DNA of 63,083 nucleotides, the filler included, from Octopus bimaculoides (lineage: Eukaryota), in the NCBI RefSeq assembly GCF_001194135.2. It is 6 parts of 6 records of this genome, joined end to end, with 100 filler letters (N's around TTAATTAATTAA, not from the genome) between each part and the next. Parts side by side here need not be neighbours in the genome. Positions count along the whole stretch, not along the records: positions 31,636 to 44,535 come from NC_069000.1; positions 44,636 to 50,996 come from NC_068983.1; positions 51,097 to 56,409 come from NC_068981.1; 3 more parts are not named here. The stretch is one strand, 5' to 3'. Both the position numbers and the translations under genes were made by a program. The stretch's first letter is position 1, and each line of letters starts with the position of its first letter. Below, piece by piece: positions 42,301 through 54,432 of this stretch. The notes beneath the pieces were generated by a model. The model worked only from the letters and a program-made list of their open reading frames with translations. It was not told the origin of the DNA and did not search any database.

Positions 42301-43059
42301 GGATATATGAATCGGTAGTCCCGTTAAAATTACTGATACCACTTACTATTTCTACAGTTATAATTTTTATTTCATTACGATATCTACTGTTGTTTATTGT
42401 TATTACCTGAGGTGAACGCGCTCCTGATGCCCGCTTTTAGAACTGTTATGGAAAATGGTTTATCGGTGACAAAAACATAGATTTCTTAGCAAACCAACAA
42501 CTCTGGGTTCAGGAAAAGGTTCTGGATAATATTGTTTGTAACAACAAAACTTTTTCAACAATATGTTTGTCAGTACTGAAGCGTAGGCAGTGAGTAAAGT
42601 ACTCGCTTTTCAGGGAAGGACTGCTTGTCAAGCATAGATAATTATATTATGGTGAACAGTGTAGTCTTCGTGTTTATATGAAGCGTTTAAGATGTAATTT
42701 TTAATAGCCGATTGCTGTTCCAAGTTTCCTTTTTCCGTGTCTTGTTCGTAATGTTTGATTTGTTTTCAATTGAAGCTACTTTGTTTTAATACTTCGTTGT
42801 AATAAGAGGAATATGTTTTGAACATTTAGGTAATTGTCTTCAACGTAGAAGACAATTACCTAAAGTATTGTACAGTAAAATTGAACCTGAATCCACAGTT
42901 GCAAAGCAAACGTTTTAAACATACAACTCTGCTTGAAATCCTATTTAAATGGCCTGGTAGAACCCTTTGGTCACTCATTCAGCAAGACAATCAAAAGAAA
43001 CAAATGCTCTTCATTTAGTACTTCTATATTTACAAAGATTCCAGTGTGATGTGGATGGG

Positions 43060-43360
43060 TTGACTTTATGTGCCCCTTATCTCTTTACTGATTCTTATAA
43101 ACCATCTTCATAATCTGGATAGTGCGTTTCTCGAGTTCTCTTGGCACATTCCAAAACCTCGTTAAATATTTCTTTAACTATCAACCCCAGTTCCTCAATA
43201 CAACTTCTATCTTTCTTTTATTTCTAGTATTCTTAGCATTCTGTCTATTTCCCACTTTTCACCATTTCATCTATTTCTGTAGGAGAATCTAGTTTGTAAC
43301 CACCAAACTTGAGTACTTATTAGATTTTACAAAGTTAAAAGAACTATTATGGCTGCTGTC
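43060..43360 (-). mobile_element. Highly degenerate RLE-LINE (R4/Dong-like) RT thumb fragment
   Basis: Minus translation fragment FWNVPRELEKRTIQIMKM resembles the W...EL..LD.KT...M.M motif; many stops. Confidence 0.35.
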
Positions 43361-43559
43361 ATTTTGGAGAAGTGTCTTTGTAAACTAGTCTAATATCTGT
43401 ACAATGCCACCTTAAAACATGGTCATACTGAGCAGTTGCCTAGGGGGAACACGTAGTTATGTATGCCGTGGCTTGATGTCAATAAATACTAAAGCGCTTA
43501 ATGCATTGATTTACCTATGGCTCTATAAAAGAAAAAGACAAAAAAAATAACACTCCGTC

Positions 43560-43865
43560 AGTTACAACAATAAGGATTCCAGTTGACCCGATCAACGGAA
43601 CAGCCTGTTCGTTAAATTAAAATGCAAGTGGCTGAGCACGCCACAGACACGTGTGCCCTTAACATATTTCTCAAGGAGATTCAGTGTGATACAGAATGTG
43701 ATGAGATTGGGCGATTGAAATACAGGTACAGCTCACTTTTGCCAGCTGAGTGGACTGAAGCAACGTGAAATAAAGTGTCTTGCGCAAGGACACAAAGCAG
43801 CGGCGGGAATCGAACTCACTACCCTACCATCGTGTGTCGAATAGCCCTAACTACTAAGCTACGTG
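43560..43865 (-). mobile_element. tRNA-headed SINE
   Basis: The minus strand has a tRNA-like head (A-box gtagcttagtagttagg, B-box gagttcgattccc) followed by tgtgtccttgcgcaagacactttatt...gtccactcagctggcaaaa...tgttccgttgatcgggtcaactgg. Confidence 0.72.
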
Positions 43866-44339
43866 CATACTCAATGGCTCTATAATTCTACTAAGACGGC
43901 CCTGCATTTGTTGTTGATTTTGAATAATGAAAGACATTTTTAAAGATTATAACATTTTTCACTCTGTTAATCTCATCTTTGGAACGGAATGAATTTTTGG
44001 TTTATGTTTACAAGTAGATCCGCAGGGAAAAATCGGCTTTTACTTTCTTTTTTCAGCGGATTCCTATGATTTTGATGACAGAGATTCCGAATATGCCAAA
44101 TAACCATGTTTTCAAAATTTTAAAATCCCGCTGCCCGCCACAATTTTTTGAAATTTTGACTTTCTTTCGAAATATATTTTTTTCAATTTACGGGGGAAAA
44201 TATGAAGATTAAGAATATGGAAAAAAAATAAATTTCAAATTTTCTTTGCAAAAACTCTAAAACTGATTCACCACTCCATCCTTTTCCTGTTTCCCTATAA
44301 CAAAATCTACAAAAGTCCTTGTTCTGTCGACATCAATAC

Positions 44340-44520
44340 GACTTCTCAAACAGCGGGCAGTATCACTGTCTCCACAGCACACGTGAATACTTGAAATAAT
44401 AACTCGTGGAGCTTTAGGTGTATTCGCTTAATAAAAACTCACAATGCCCGGTATAGGAATCGAAACCACGATACCACGACTGCGAGTCCGCTGCCTTAAC
44501 CACTCAGCCATTGTGCCTCC
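44340..44520 (-). mobile_element. tRNA-headed SINE 5' part
   Basis: Minus strand ggcacaatggctgagtggttaaggcagcggactcgcagtcgtggtatcgtggtttcgattcctataccggg (A and B boxes). Related heads lie at 39390-39485 (+) and fragments at 36480-36700 (+) and 44860-45010 (-). Confidence 0.7.
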
Positions 44521-44579
44521 ACGATGGAATACATANNNNNNNNNNNNNNNNNNNNNNNNNNNNNNNNNNNNNNNNNNNN

Positions 44580-44591
44580 TTAATTAATTAA
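44580..44591. other. Artificial scaffold-join linker TTAATTAATTAA inside a ~100-nt N block
   Basis: The same 12-mer is centred in N runs at 20367, 31580, 44580, 51041 and 56454. It is palindromic with stop codons in all six frames. Confidence 0.9.
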
Positions 44592-44663
44592 NNNNNNNNN
44601 NNNNNNNNNNNNNNNNNNNNNNNNNNNNNNNNNNNATATATATATATATATATGTTTGTTATC

Positions 44664-44709
44664 AAAGCTGTCCGACGAACAGGAAAGTGAAACTCTGAGT
44701 AACAGCTTT
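44664..44709 (+). ncRNA. Type I hammerhead ribozyme at the head of a pLTR-like repeat
   Basis: AAAGCTGT-CCGACGA-AC(AGGAAA)GT-GAAA-CTCTGAG-TA-ACAGCTTT. Stem I is a perfect 8 bp, stem III is near-palindromic (ACTCTGAGT) and the cleavage triplet is GUA. The core carries a U4C variant. An AATAAA follows ~20 nt downstream. Confidence 0.72.
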
Positions 44710-46629
44710 TGTTATATTTCTGCTTCTTTTAAATAAAGCATATTACTCTACCTCTGGTATTTGAGTACTCTTTTTTCCACCTTGTTTCACATTTATGTGC
44801 TTACTCCGGTATGTATGTATGTATGTATGTATGTATGTATGTATGTATGTATGTATGTATGACAAGCTTCTTTCAATTTCTCTCTACCAAATACGCTCAT
44901 AAGATTTGGTCAGTCCAGTGCTTGAATAGAAGACACTTGTCCAAAGTGTTAAACAATGAAACTGAACTTGAAATCATATGGTTGAGAAGCAAACTTCTAT
45001 ATCACACAGTCATGTTTGTATATAAAATATGTGCAGTTCTAGCTTACATCAATTCATTTCTCAGAGTTTCATTTCCTTTGTCTTTGGACATTCTTAAGAC
45101 TCTTAAATCTGAAGACTGTTGAAGCATAAAAGACATCAAAACTCTGAGTAATAGGAAAATCACTGTGAGTCAGATTCCCTTCTCTTATTCAATGGTAAGC
45201 TACATAAGACAATGACATTAAAGACAATCTGTATTTCATTGTCTTTACCAGTCTGATTCCCTTCAATAATTCTTGCTCAAAATGTGCTTCTCTTGCTTTG
45301 GCAACACACTCTGTCTTTCATAGGATGAACCCGTTTATGAAGCAGTCATACCAGAGCCTCTCCCATGTTGACATAAAAGGCAAGGCAGACAGCTGAAAAT
45401 GTGAACTAATACAATCAAGTCAGATTAATATCTGGTCCTCACATAGACAAATATCTGCAGTTGGAATTATGACTGGTGTAGCAAACTCATAAGAGGCGGA
45501 GAGAGAACATAGGTTCGTTCGCCCGAACAGGAGAAATTGTTGATTTCTCATTGGTTAAAAATTACTGCCCATATATAGATTCTGAACTTTCATTAAATAA
45601 ATCTTTCATGAAGTACAGTTCTAGAATTCGTGTATGAGCAGTTATAAAAACCCTGATTTTTGGGAAACTCTCCAGTGATCATTGGGTTGTCAATCAAATC
45701 CATGACACTCACCCTTTTGAGTATCGGCTAATCTTTATGCCATGTTCAATACTCAAATCCAACAAGATTAAATTGTTGTGAACTCTAGTAGTTAGTATGA
45801 AAGATTAGTGTGAATTTTAAGTCATAATTCTCTATGACAAAATGACTTTACTTTCCAATTATACTATAAATGCCAAATGTACATAAATAAACTAATGTAG
45901 AAAATATTTTCTTTTATTTCACATTCTTTCAACTTGTTAAATTTATTTCTGTATTTATGAAACTGTGTATTTTTTTATGTAATGGTCAAAAGAATACGAA
46001 TCCATATCTTCAACATACATGCACACATTAAACGCACGTTCAGCATCTTGGTATGTATAATTCATCATAACATTTACGCAGCCTGAATTAAGAGTTATGC
46101 AAGGTGAGAAATACTTATAATTAAGTTATAAATGATGAGATTATCATCATAGTTTCTTACTTAAGAAATAATAATATTGTTATACCTTACAATCAAAAAC
46201 ATAAAAAAATAAGATAGAGTATTCGCCTCCGACTGTCACATAAAGCTGGCTTACATTTCCATGTAGAACATCTATGATTGCTAATTTGAATTGGCTTCTG
46301 TTTGAGATGCTGTGGATTTACTGATTGGAGCCAGTTCAACCCGTTCTGAGAATGCTGACACAAGGACAAATTAGATTCTGTCACCAGCTCCAGAAAGTTT
46401 TTAAATATTACATACAACACTCCACCTGGTACCTATAGTAGAGTTTACTTTGTCACAAGTATGAAGACTAGATCTCTTCTTGTACATGTTTATCCCAAAC
46501 TTGTTTGACTAGGACAATGGAGAGTCTGGAAGTGCCTGTAATGTTGATAGACACCACCCCTCTTTCCCTAACTAACTGATTAACAAATTAGAAAACATTA
46601 AAAATAAATTCATCAATAAAACTTATCAC

Positions 46630-46799
46630 CTTAAATGCTTCATATTCAGCATCTAAGTCCACATCTTTGGAAGTCTGTGTCTGATTCACATGGATATCTG
46701 AAGAAAATGAAGTGTTTGTCACAGGTGATGGTGACTTCTCCACACATGTAGATTCCAAATGCCTCAAAATTTGACTCTTTCTCAATGCTAGCAGGCTCT
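46630..46799 (-). CDS. ZGPAT: ZGPAT next coding exon, (E)SLLALRKSQILRHLESTCVEKSPSPVTNTSFSSDIHVNQTQTSKDVDLDAEYEAFK
   Basis: Acceptor attctttcag, donor AAG|gtgataagt; 170 nt, phase 1 start compatible with the upstream exon, open frame. SL...RKS..L and D.EY.AF motifs fit ZGPAT. The start exon, CCCH finger, Tudor-like and G-patch exons were not found in the window. Confidence 0.82.
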
Positions 46800-48672
46800 C
46801 TGAAAGAATAATCTAGAAATAGCATTTCAAAAGAAAACAAGGAAAAAAAAGCTTAGAAAATACATTCAAGAAATAATTATTCTTTGATAGAGAGGCATTT
46901 TGTTTGATTTGCTGATTTAAAACTGTTGGTCCTGATTTCATAGACAGTAAGATGTGCTGAACATATTGAGAAAATTGAGACAATAAAGGAACCTCTATGT
47001 ACTCCTAGTCTATGATAAATAACAGCCAAATCTTCCTCAAATTATACCCTACTATCTTAAAGTGGAATAACATAGTTGAGGGTCTTGGGATGTCTGAAAT
47101 GCCTTTGTCTTTTGATGTATGGTTGCTCAATCAAGTCCTTCTACTGACCCACTAAACATTGCTGAGATTGTTGTTAGTAATGATGTTAGTGCTAAGGGTG
47201 GAGAGTTAGTGATGATTTGTGATGGTCTTAGTGGGTGGCCATGTGGTCATGGTAAATTAGTAGTCATAGTGGTATTGGTAGTTGCCAAGAAGTACTGCTA
47301 GTCAGGTGGTGTTGGTGATGGATCAAGAGTATACTGTTCCTGGTGATGTTGGTGGTTGTCAAAGAGTACTTCAGGTCAAAGACTACTCGTATGAAATAAA
47401 AAAAAAAGACAATAGCCCCCAGTCCAATACAGCTAATTTACTTGGCCTTAATGTATTACTGATATGATCCAGTGAAACACACAACATCAATGCATCCTGA
47501 ATGCTTAACAACTCCTCCGTTTCCACTCAACCTCATCTCCAATTTGAATAATTTTGTTCATTCCTGATTTGTATACATAATATTGACTGGCACAAAGCTA
47601 CAAATTTTGGAGTAGGACATAATCCATTAAAGATGAAAGGTAAAGCTAACCTTGTCAGGATTTAAACCCAGAACATAAAGAGCCCTAACTAAATGCTACA
47701 AGGTATTTTAGTTTATTTGCCCTAATATTAATTTATTACAAAATGTTGATTTACACAAAACTTTCAAATAAGATTTTCTACCATTTATAGCAATTTAGCA
47801 ACAAAAATGAAGAAAAATGGATACAACTGTGAAATGAAACCATGTCAGTGACCTGGAGTTGTGTAATATTTATTTATTTACTGTTATGTATTTAATCAAA
47901 CAAACATAGGTCAGCAGCTAACTTCATCATGGTAATTTTTATCAACTCTACCAATCCTAAGAAAATAAATGGACAAATTGACAAAGATGGAAATTGAACT
48001 ATCAAACAGTTTCTATTGTTTCAAAGTGATTTGAGGGCAAAAATATGTTACAATCTATAATGAATACTGTATCTACCAAAAGGTTTATCGTTCTGCAATG
48101 TAACAAGGCTAAGAAACCTTGTGAATATTTTCTTCTCCAAGATACTGGCAATGGTCAGAAACAAGAGATATGAAGTTTAAGTGAAATTAAATGTCTCAAA
48201 TGAGAATTGAACCTGCAAGTTTTATCATATTTGAAAGTTTACCTCCCATTCTTGAGTGCTTACATGCCAAATGAACCATCTGTTTTTTTCTAGCAAATAT
48301 ATGTACACCAACACCCTATATCAAGTTCATAAAGCTGTTTCCTCTTTCCATTTCTTATATTTTTCTACTCCTCTAAACTTAATTATTTTATGTTGCTCCC
48401 CACTAAATCCCATTTAATGTACCTATCTCCCTATTCTGATCCTTCTCCACACCGTCATCTCACTGAAACTACTTTCCACCTATTACACCTCCAATTAAAA
48501 ATCTTCAACAGTTTAAACTGAACATTCAACCACACCTAATTGTCTGTATACACCAGTCATGGATGACCAAACTAAAAAGAGCCATGAGCATCTACTCCAA
48601 CATTTTATACACAAAAACAAATAGTAAAAAAAAAAAATCAAAGAAGCCACAAAGATAAAAACTGATACAAAC

Positions 48673-48769
48673 CTTCAGTTAGTTTTATAACTTCTTCTAA
48701 ATCAGTTTTCAGTTTCAACAGATCATCATTGGGACCTGAAGCTTGTAATGCTGATTCCACCTGTGTTAA
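48673..48769 (-). CDS. ZGPAT: ZGPAT (CCCH zinc finger/G-patch protein) internal N-terminal coding exon, LTQVESALQASGPNDDLLKLKTDLEEVIKLTE
   Basis: Acceptor tttcattctag and donor G|gtttgt; 97 nt (phase 0 to phase 1). Matches the ZGPAT/SPF30-type N-terminal motif L.QVE.AL...DL..L..DL.E.I.LTE. It splices in frame to the next exon to give LTE-ESLLALRKS, as in ZGPAT (LTEASLVSVRKS) rather than SMNDC1. Confidence 0.85.
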
Positions 48770-49575
48770 CTAGAATGAAACAATAATAATAATAATAATC
48801 TTTCTGCAATGGACACAAGGCCTGAAATTTTGGTGGAGTGAGTAAATCAATAATATCAAACACAGTATTTGACTGGTACTTATTTTATCAACCCCTATTC
48901 TTCTTCTACTTTATTTTTTAAATAGACAAACACACTGTAGCTATTATTAACTGTTTTTATATATGTTAGCACCCCCAGTCACTTAGACCCTCTGAAGAAG
49001 CCTAGAGGCACATTCATTATCCAAGCCTTACCTGCTCATCCCTACATAACACTGAAGAGATGGAGATAACCTGAAAGATTTCATTGCCTCTTGGTATATA
49101 CGGCCATAAGGAACTAGCACCTACACACCCATTCGGTTTCACTAACAATCTGTTCATTTACTCATTTGCTCATTTACTCAATTAATCACCTGTTCCTATA
49201 TGATTATATGCTTCCACACCCTTGTTTTTGCAATTACCAACTCTTTCTATTTGATAATCTGTACCACTAATACATGGGTATGTATTCATCTAATACATTG
49301 GAATAAATAGACATACTGGAATGTTTACCAGCTGATGTCTGTCAATTTTGTATCCTCTCTACTTTCTTATTTGCCATATAAATCATGGGTAAACCACTTT
49401 TTACCCTACCCATATATAACACTTGATTGCGAGATTGCCACACAATAACCAGCACTTGGGTATGAATAATTGGGTGCACTACCAGCAGTATATTGGATAG
49501 GTACTATCCTTTAGTTGGTTTCTCAACCTCTGACTCACACAGAAATATATATATATAGATCATTTATTATTCATT

Positions 49576-49679
49576 CAGTAATTGTGTCAAGGCCGACAGG
49601 AAGCGGTCCAGCTTCCTAGGGCTAAACGGCAGTAGTGTGTTCCCTTCTTGGGATTGTCACATTAAGCTGACAATACACT
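49576..49679. repeat. 104-bp interspersed repeat, near-identical to 59678-59781
   Basis: cagtaattgtgtcaaggccgacaggaagcggtccagcttcctagggctaaacggc...gacaat; 3 mismatches between the two copies by eye. Confidence 0.85.
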
Positions 49680-49682
49680 ACA

Positions 49683-49717
<35 letters not shown>

Positions 49718-49724
49718 TCAAGTA

Positions 49725-50075
49725 TTTTAAATCCAGGTTTTCGTCCCATTAACAGGGATAGCTGGTTCTACCTCAATGCCATAGCAACTGCCCCCACATC
49801 ATCTCACCATTTTGCCTGGTTTTGGGCGTCCTCCCTTCTCAAGCCAACCCACCCAATCTCCTCTTCCACTTGTCCCTTCCATGTTTTCCTCGATCTACCT
49901 CACTTTTGCGGTCCATTTACCTCAAACTCAAGCACCCTCTTCAGAACATGCTCCTCATCCCTCCTCCACATATGCCCATACCACTGCACTCCATTAGCCC
50001 TTCCCAGCCATTCCACTGATTCCTCCAACCCCAGCATCCCCATCAAAGCCTCAGTCCTCCTCTTATCAAACGGCT
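49725..50075 (-). mobile_element. RTE-like LINE 3' end
   Basis: Minus translation GVQWYGHMWRRDEEHVLKRVLEFEVNGPQK*GRSRKTWKGQVEEE...GLRREDAQNQAKW is the RTE C-terminal motif. It abuts (TA)n. Confidence 0.8.
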
Positions 50076-50189
50076 TATATATATATTCTTTTATTTGTTT
50101 CAGTCATTTGACTGTGGCCATGCTGTATCACCGCATTTAGTTGAACAAATCAAACCTAGGATTTATTCTTTGTACCACACAACCATGCC

Positions 50190-50231
<42 letters not shown>

Positions 50232-51096
50232 TATATGTATACATATTCCATTTTTTCTCCCATTGTTTGCATATTTAACTTATTTGTTTTCATATTTCTT
50301 GCTTACACAATTGGTGATGTCTTGTACCCATATATGCATATATATATATTTATTATTTATATTTTTACTAGAAGCTAAGCCCTGGTTTCACCTGGTTGGT
50401 TTAGATGATGTGGCTGTAAAACCTGCTCTGTGTAAGCATTCGACTTGTTTGGGCACGCTTACATTAAAAAACAATTTTAGAGCGACTTTTTTCTGTCAAA
50501 ACGCTAAGAATAACTGACAAAAAAAAAACAACCAAGATTCAACCAAATCAAAAAAATAAACCCAAATACTAAGCGAGCAAAGGTGAACCATCCCACTTCC
50601 ATTGTGCATGCACATGCACACACACACACACACATTCATATACCCCCTCTTTTACATACGCACATATATATTCACACAGAGTTGACACACTGTTTGATTT
50701 ATTTTTTTCAGCATTCACTACCAAGTATGACATCACTCCTTCCTTCCTTATTCATCTATCCCCCCTTCCTTTCTCATTTATAAACACAAGAGTATTATTA
50801 TAGTAGATTATCTCGGTAACCATGGGAGCTATGAAAAAATACAAAGTCTAGCAACACCACCAGATCAGTCTACACATCTGTGTAATTTTTCGCGCAATCC
50901 CACCCAGCCGTTTGACTGGGAATCCCAAGACAAGAAAGAATCGGCCATGTCAAATTTATATGTATAGATATGTCATATATATATATCATATATATANNNN
51001 NNNNNNNNNNNNNNNNNNNNNNNNNNNNNNNNNNNNNNNNTTAATTAATTAANNNNNNNNNNNNNNNNNNNNNNNNNNNNNNNNNNNNNNNNNNNN

Positions 51097-51147
<51 letters not shown>

Positions 51148-51679
51148 TAAATGTCGAATAACGGGAACGAGTGCTCAACACTGCATTGATGGATAAAGCT
51201 TCTTTATTTGTGTATAAAGGCTATTTGGTATTCAGGTTTCATGTTAAGAAAAATATCTTCATATCTTAACAACTTTTCCAGCCGATCGCATGGTGGAATG
51301 ATGTTCGTCTCCATAGTGGATAAGAACACTACACGTCGCCCGAAATGTCTCGGGAGTTCACAAAAGAAGCAATGAATCAAGGTGTACTACTCTTAGATGA
51401 CACCTTTTGAGTGAATATCTCCCTTGGGTTTGGCTTTTGGGGGAAAAATACCGTGTTGGACGATTTGCATTATATTATATTCTGGTATATGTGATGTTCG
51501 TGTGTTTGTATGTTGAGGGAGTTCATCGAGGGACATGTTTCATCTATGTGTGAAGTTCGTGTGCTGTATATATTCAACGTTCACGTTCAGGGAAGGAAAC
51601 TACTCTGGTGGAGTTGGCGGTGCGGATGGTGGGTCCCTTTGAAGTGTCGTAGTGTTAAATATTGTTTGTGTAGGGAGAG

Positions 51680-51726
<47 letters not shown>

Positions 51727-52159
51727 ATATATATATACTNNNNNNNNNNNNNNNNNNNNNNNNNNNNNNNNNNNNNNNNNNNNNNNNNNNNNNNNNNNNN
51801 NNNNNNNNNNNNNNNNNNNNNNNNNNNNNNNNNNNNNNNNNNAAAGAAGCAATGAATCAAGGTGTACTACTCTTAGATGACACCTTTTGAGTGAATATCT
51901 CCCTTGGGTTTGGCTTTTGGGGGAAAAATACCGTGTTGGACGATTTGCATTATATTATATTCTGGTATATGTGATGTTCGTGTGTTTGTATGTTGAGGGA
52001 GTTCATCGAGGGACATGTTTCATCTATGTGTGAAGTTCGTGTGCTGTATATATTCAACGTTCACGTTCAGGGAAGGAAACTACTCTGGTGGAGTTGGCGG
52101 TGCGGATGGTGGGTCCCTTTGAAGTGTCGTAGTGTTAAATATTGTTTGTGTAGGGAGAG

Positions 52160-52206
<47 letters not shown>

Positions 52207-52233
52207 ATATATATATACTTTCACAAACACATA

Positions 52234-53275
52234 CAGGATGTTAAGGCTGAATATGACGATTTTTTACGCCTCCTTTCTTTCTGGAACAGCTTGATGTATT
52301 GGTGAACAGTCAATAGCATTGGAGAGCAAAAAGATTAAAGTTGTAGTTGAGAAAAAGTTAACCAGCATGGAGGACTGGAAGCCGCATGAATATTGGAAAA
52401 GAGTTACCTGTGCCATGATGATTCGCACCGAATATCAAAATTCCGACACCGTGACTGCTGCTCAGTGCTCTGTGAACACTGTAAAGGCTGTAAGATGTAA
52501 CATAGAAAACTGCAACGGAGACTATGGAGCCGTAGCCAGAGGAAGGGACTCTGTAGGAGTTTTGACTGCGTCTGGCACGCTGGGAATTCATCCAACAAGT
52601 GCAGGACAAGTTAATGGAAGATCCAAGCAAGGGAATTCGGGTTTTGGCAAGACAGATGGATGTCGGAGTTGCTATCTTGAAGCTGGCCCTCAATGGAGAA
52701 CTTCACTACAACACGTAGAAGAGATGCAAGGGACAAAGACTGACAACCAATGCCAATGAGGAACACTTGACACTTCTGAACAAGCTGAGACATGCTGTTG
52801 AACTGGAATGATCTGGTCCTTGGACGAAGATGGCTTCTGCCAGGACCAATCATCATACAACGCCCAAAACAACAGGCGGCTTGCCTGTAACCCATGTGAT
52901 ATCCCTTGTATTTTGAAAAGCTAGTTCCCTCAAACTGTGCATCACTGTGCTCAGTTCAGACGGCTATGTGAAGCTGATGGTGATTGTGGTTAAATTTTGC
53001 TCGAAGATGGTTGCTGCTGGAAGGCCTCATGCGTGGCAGCAAGATTCGGCTCCTTGGCATACTTCCGGAAAGAGTCAAAACTGATTGGAAGATTTCATAA
53101 CTTCACCCTCTCCAATTTCTGGCTTCCTTCTGCTGTCCATTGGATTAATATGTGTAGGACTGAGAGGCTCGATTGATAAAGGCATCAAACGCTCTGCCTG
53201 CAGTATAATCTTTGAATGAGATATTGTATTTTCGTTTCCTTTTACGCAAACTGTCAATTTAGCCCGGACATCCTG
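52234..53275 (+). mobile_element. Full-length degenerate Tc1/mariner-superfamily transposon (maT-like TIR)
   Basis: Imperfect TIRs caggatgt..ggct.aat.tgac with TA on both sides. Transposase remnants MEDWKPHEYWKR..., W..DE..FCQD, NRRLA and WQQDSAP.HTS.KSQ, with frameshifts and stops. Confidence 0.85.
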
Positions 53276-53721
53276 TACACACACNNNNNNNNNNNNNNNN
53301 NNNNNNNNNNNNNNNNNNNNNNNNNNNNNNNNNNNNNNNNNNNNNNNNNNNNNNNNNNNNNNNNNNNNNNNNNNNNNNNNNNNNNNNNNNNNNNNNNNNN
53401 NNNNNNNNNNNNNNNNNNNNNNNNNNNNNNNNNNNNNNNNNNNNNNNNNNNNNNNNNNNNNNNNNNNNNNNNNNNNNNNNNNNNNNNNNNNNNNNNNNNN
53501 NNNNNNNNNNNNNNNNNNNNNNNNNNNNNNNNNNNNNNNNNNNNNNNNNNNNNNNNNNNNNNNNNNNNNNNNNNNNNNNNACGCACGCACACACACATAC
53601 ACACACACGCACACATATATATAAAGCAAAAAAAAACGGAGAACAAACACAAAAAACCAACAACGCAAGGACGTGGTACGCGTAAAGTATTAGCAGACAC
53701 TCAGGGAAGGAAAGAAAGGGT

Positions 53722-53760
53722 GTTTTACGTTTTGAGCAAAGCTCATCTTCAGAAATAGGA
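53722..53760 (-). ncRNA. Decayed hammerhead motif in pLTR-like repeat
   Basis: ttt-CTGAAGA-t-GAGC(TTT)GCTC-AAAA-CG-TA-aaa. Stem II is perfect, G12 is changed to A (CpG-type transition) and stem I is only 3 bp. Confidence 0.45.
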
Positions 53761-53928
53761 GACAGAGGAAAGTCCAAAAGAAAAGGTAGACAGAGGAAGA
53801 AAATCGCCAACGATTCATATGGGGTTATATTTTGTATATATATATAAGAAGCGAAAATGACCAATTTGTTAATGAGAAAGAATTATCAACTTCCACTCTC
53901 CATTTTCTTTACTTCCTTTATCTGTATA

Positions 53929-53964
<36 letters not shown>

Positions 53965-53995
53965 TGCATGCATGTATGTATGTATTATGTGTATG

Positions 53996-54046
<51 letters not shown>

Positions 54047-54376
54047 ATGTATTCCCACTTTAGCTCTTTTAATCTAAAGTTGGTTAGCGGCACCAAGTAA
54101 CATTATTTCTCTCAGCCGGGAGGTGCGGTATGAAACAGCCACCTTCTGTAAATAACCAGACAAGCTATTACAGAATATAAATTGTTCAAGATTGATGAAG
54201 TTTGTAACTTCAGTGAAATTATAGTTACAGAATAATATTAAACGCAATAAATCGAAATTAGGTGATTTTTTTAATGCTAAAAAGTATCAAAAACTTTCCG
54301 ATGTGCCTCTGCAATTCGGTCATTGGTTCTATTTTACTAAATCAGTTATTGGTAAGATTTTAAGAAACCCCCGCAG

Positions 54377-54432
<56 letters not shown>

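Noticed and set aside
39390-44520. tRNA-like sequences as tRNA genes; CRISPR or rRNA
   Set aside because: A and B boxes continue into SINE bodies with no cloverleaf 3' arm. No repeat-spacer array or rRNA motif was seen in this eukaryotic DNA.
45318-45392. AG-preceded phase-0 segment LSALPFMSTWERLWYDCFINGFIL* faintly like ZGPAT APY.SSWG.LEY
   Set aside because: It stops after 24 codons, has no convincing donor and lacks the expected YHNA and upstream residues. Probably chance.
46290-46350. CCGFTDW on the plus strand resembling a tetraspanin motif
   Set aside because: Wrong spacing and flanked by nearby stops.
48985-49090. Two CTGAAGA motifs resembling tandem hammerheads
   Set aside because: The first lacks GAAA; the second has no pairing in stems I and II. 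Too decayed to call.
49032-49120. Strong minus-strand donor CAG|gtaagg as ZGPAT exon 1
   Set aside because: The upstream frame has no ATG nearby, no similarity to the MDEE..L..Y..Q start, and lies in a degraded repeat.
49600-49620. GGAAGC/GCTTCC hairpin plus CTAG as a Helitron end
   Set aside because: The CTAG overlaps the stem instead of lying ~10 nt downstream, and the homology continues 60 bp past it.
51363-52219. 377-bp identical direct repeat (51363-51739 and 51843-52219)
   Set aside because: The copies are identical and separated by an N gap: an unmerged contig overlap, not a real duplication.
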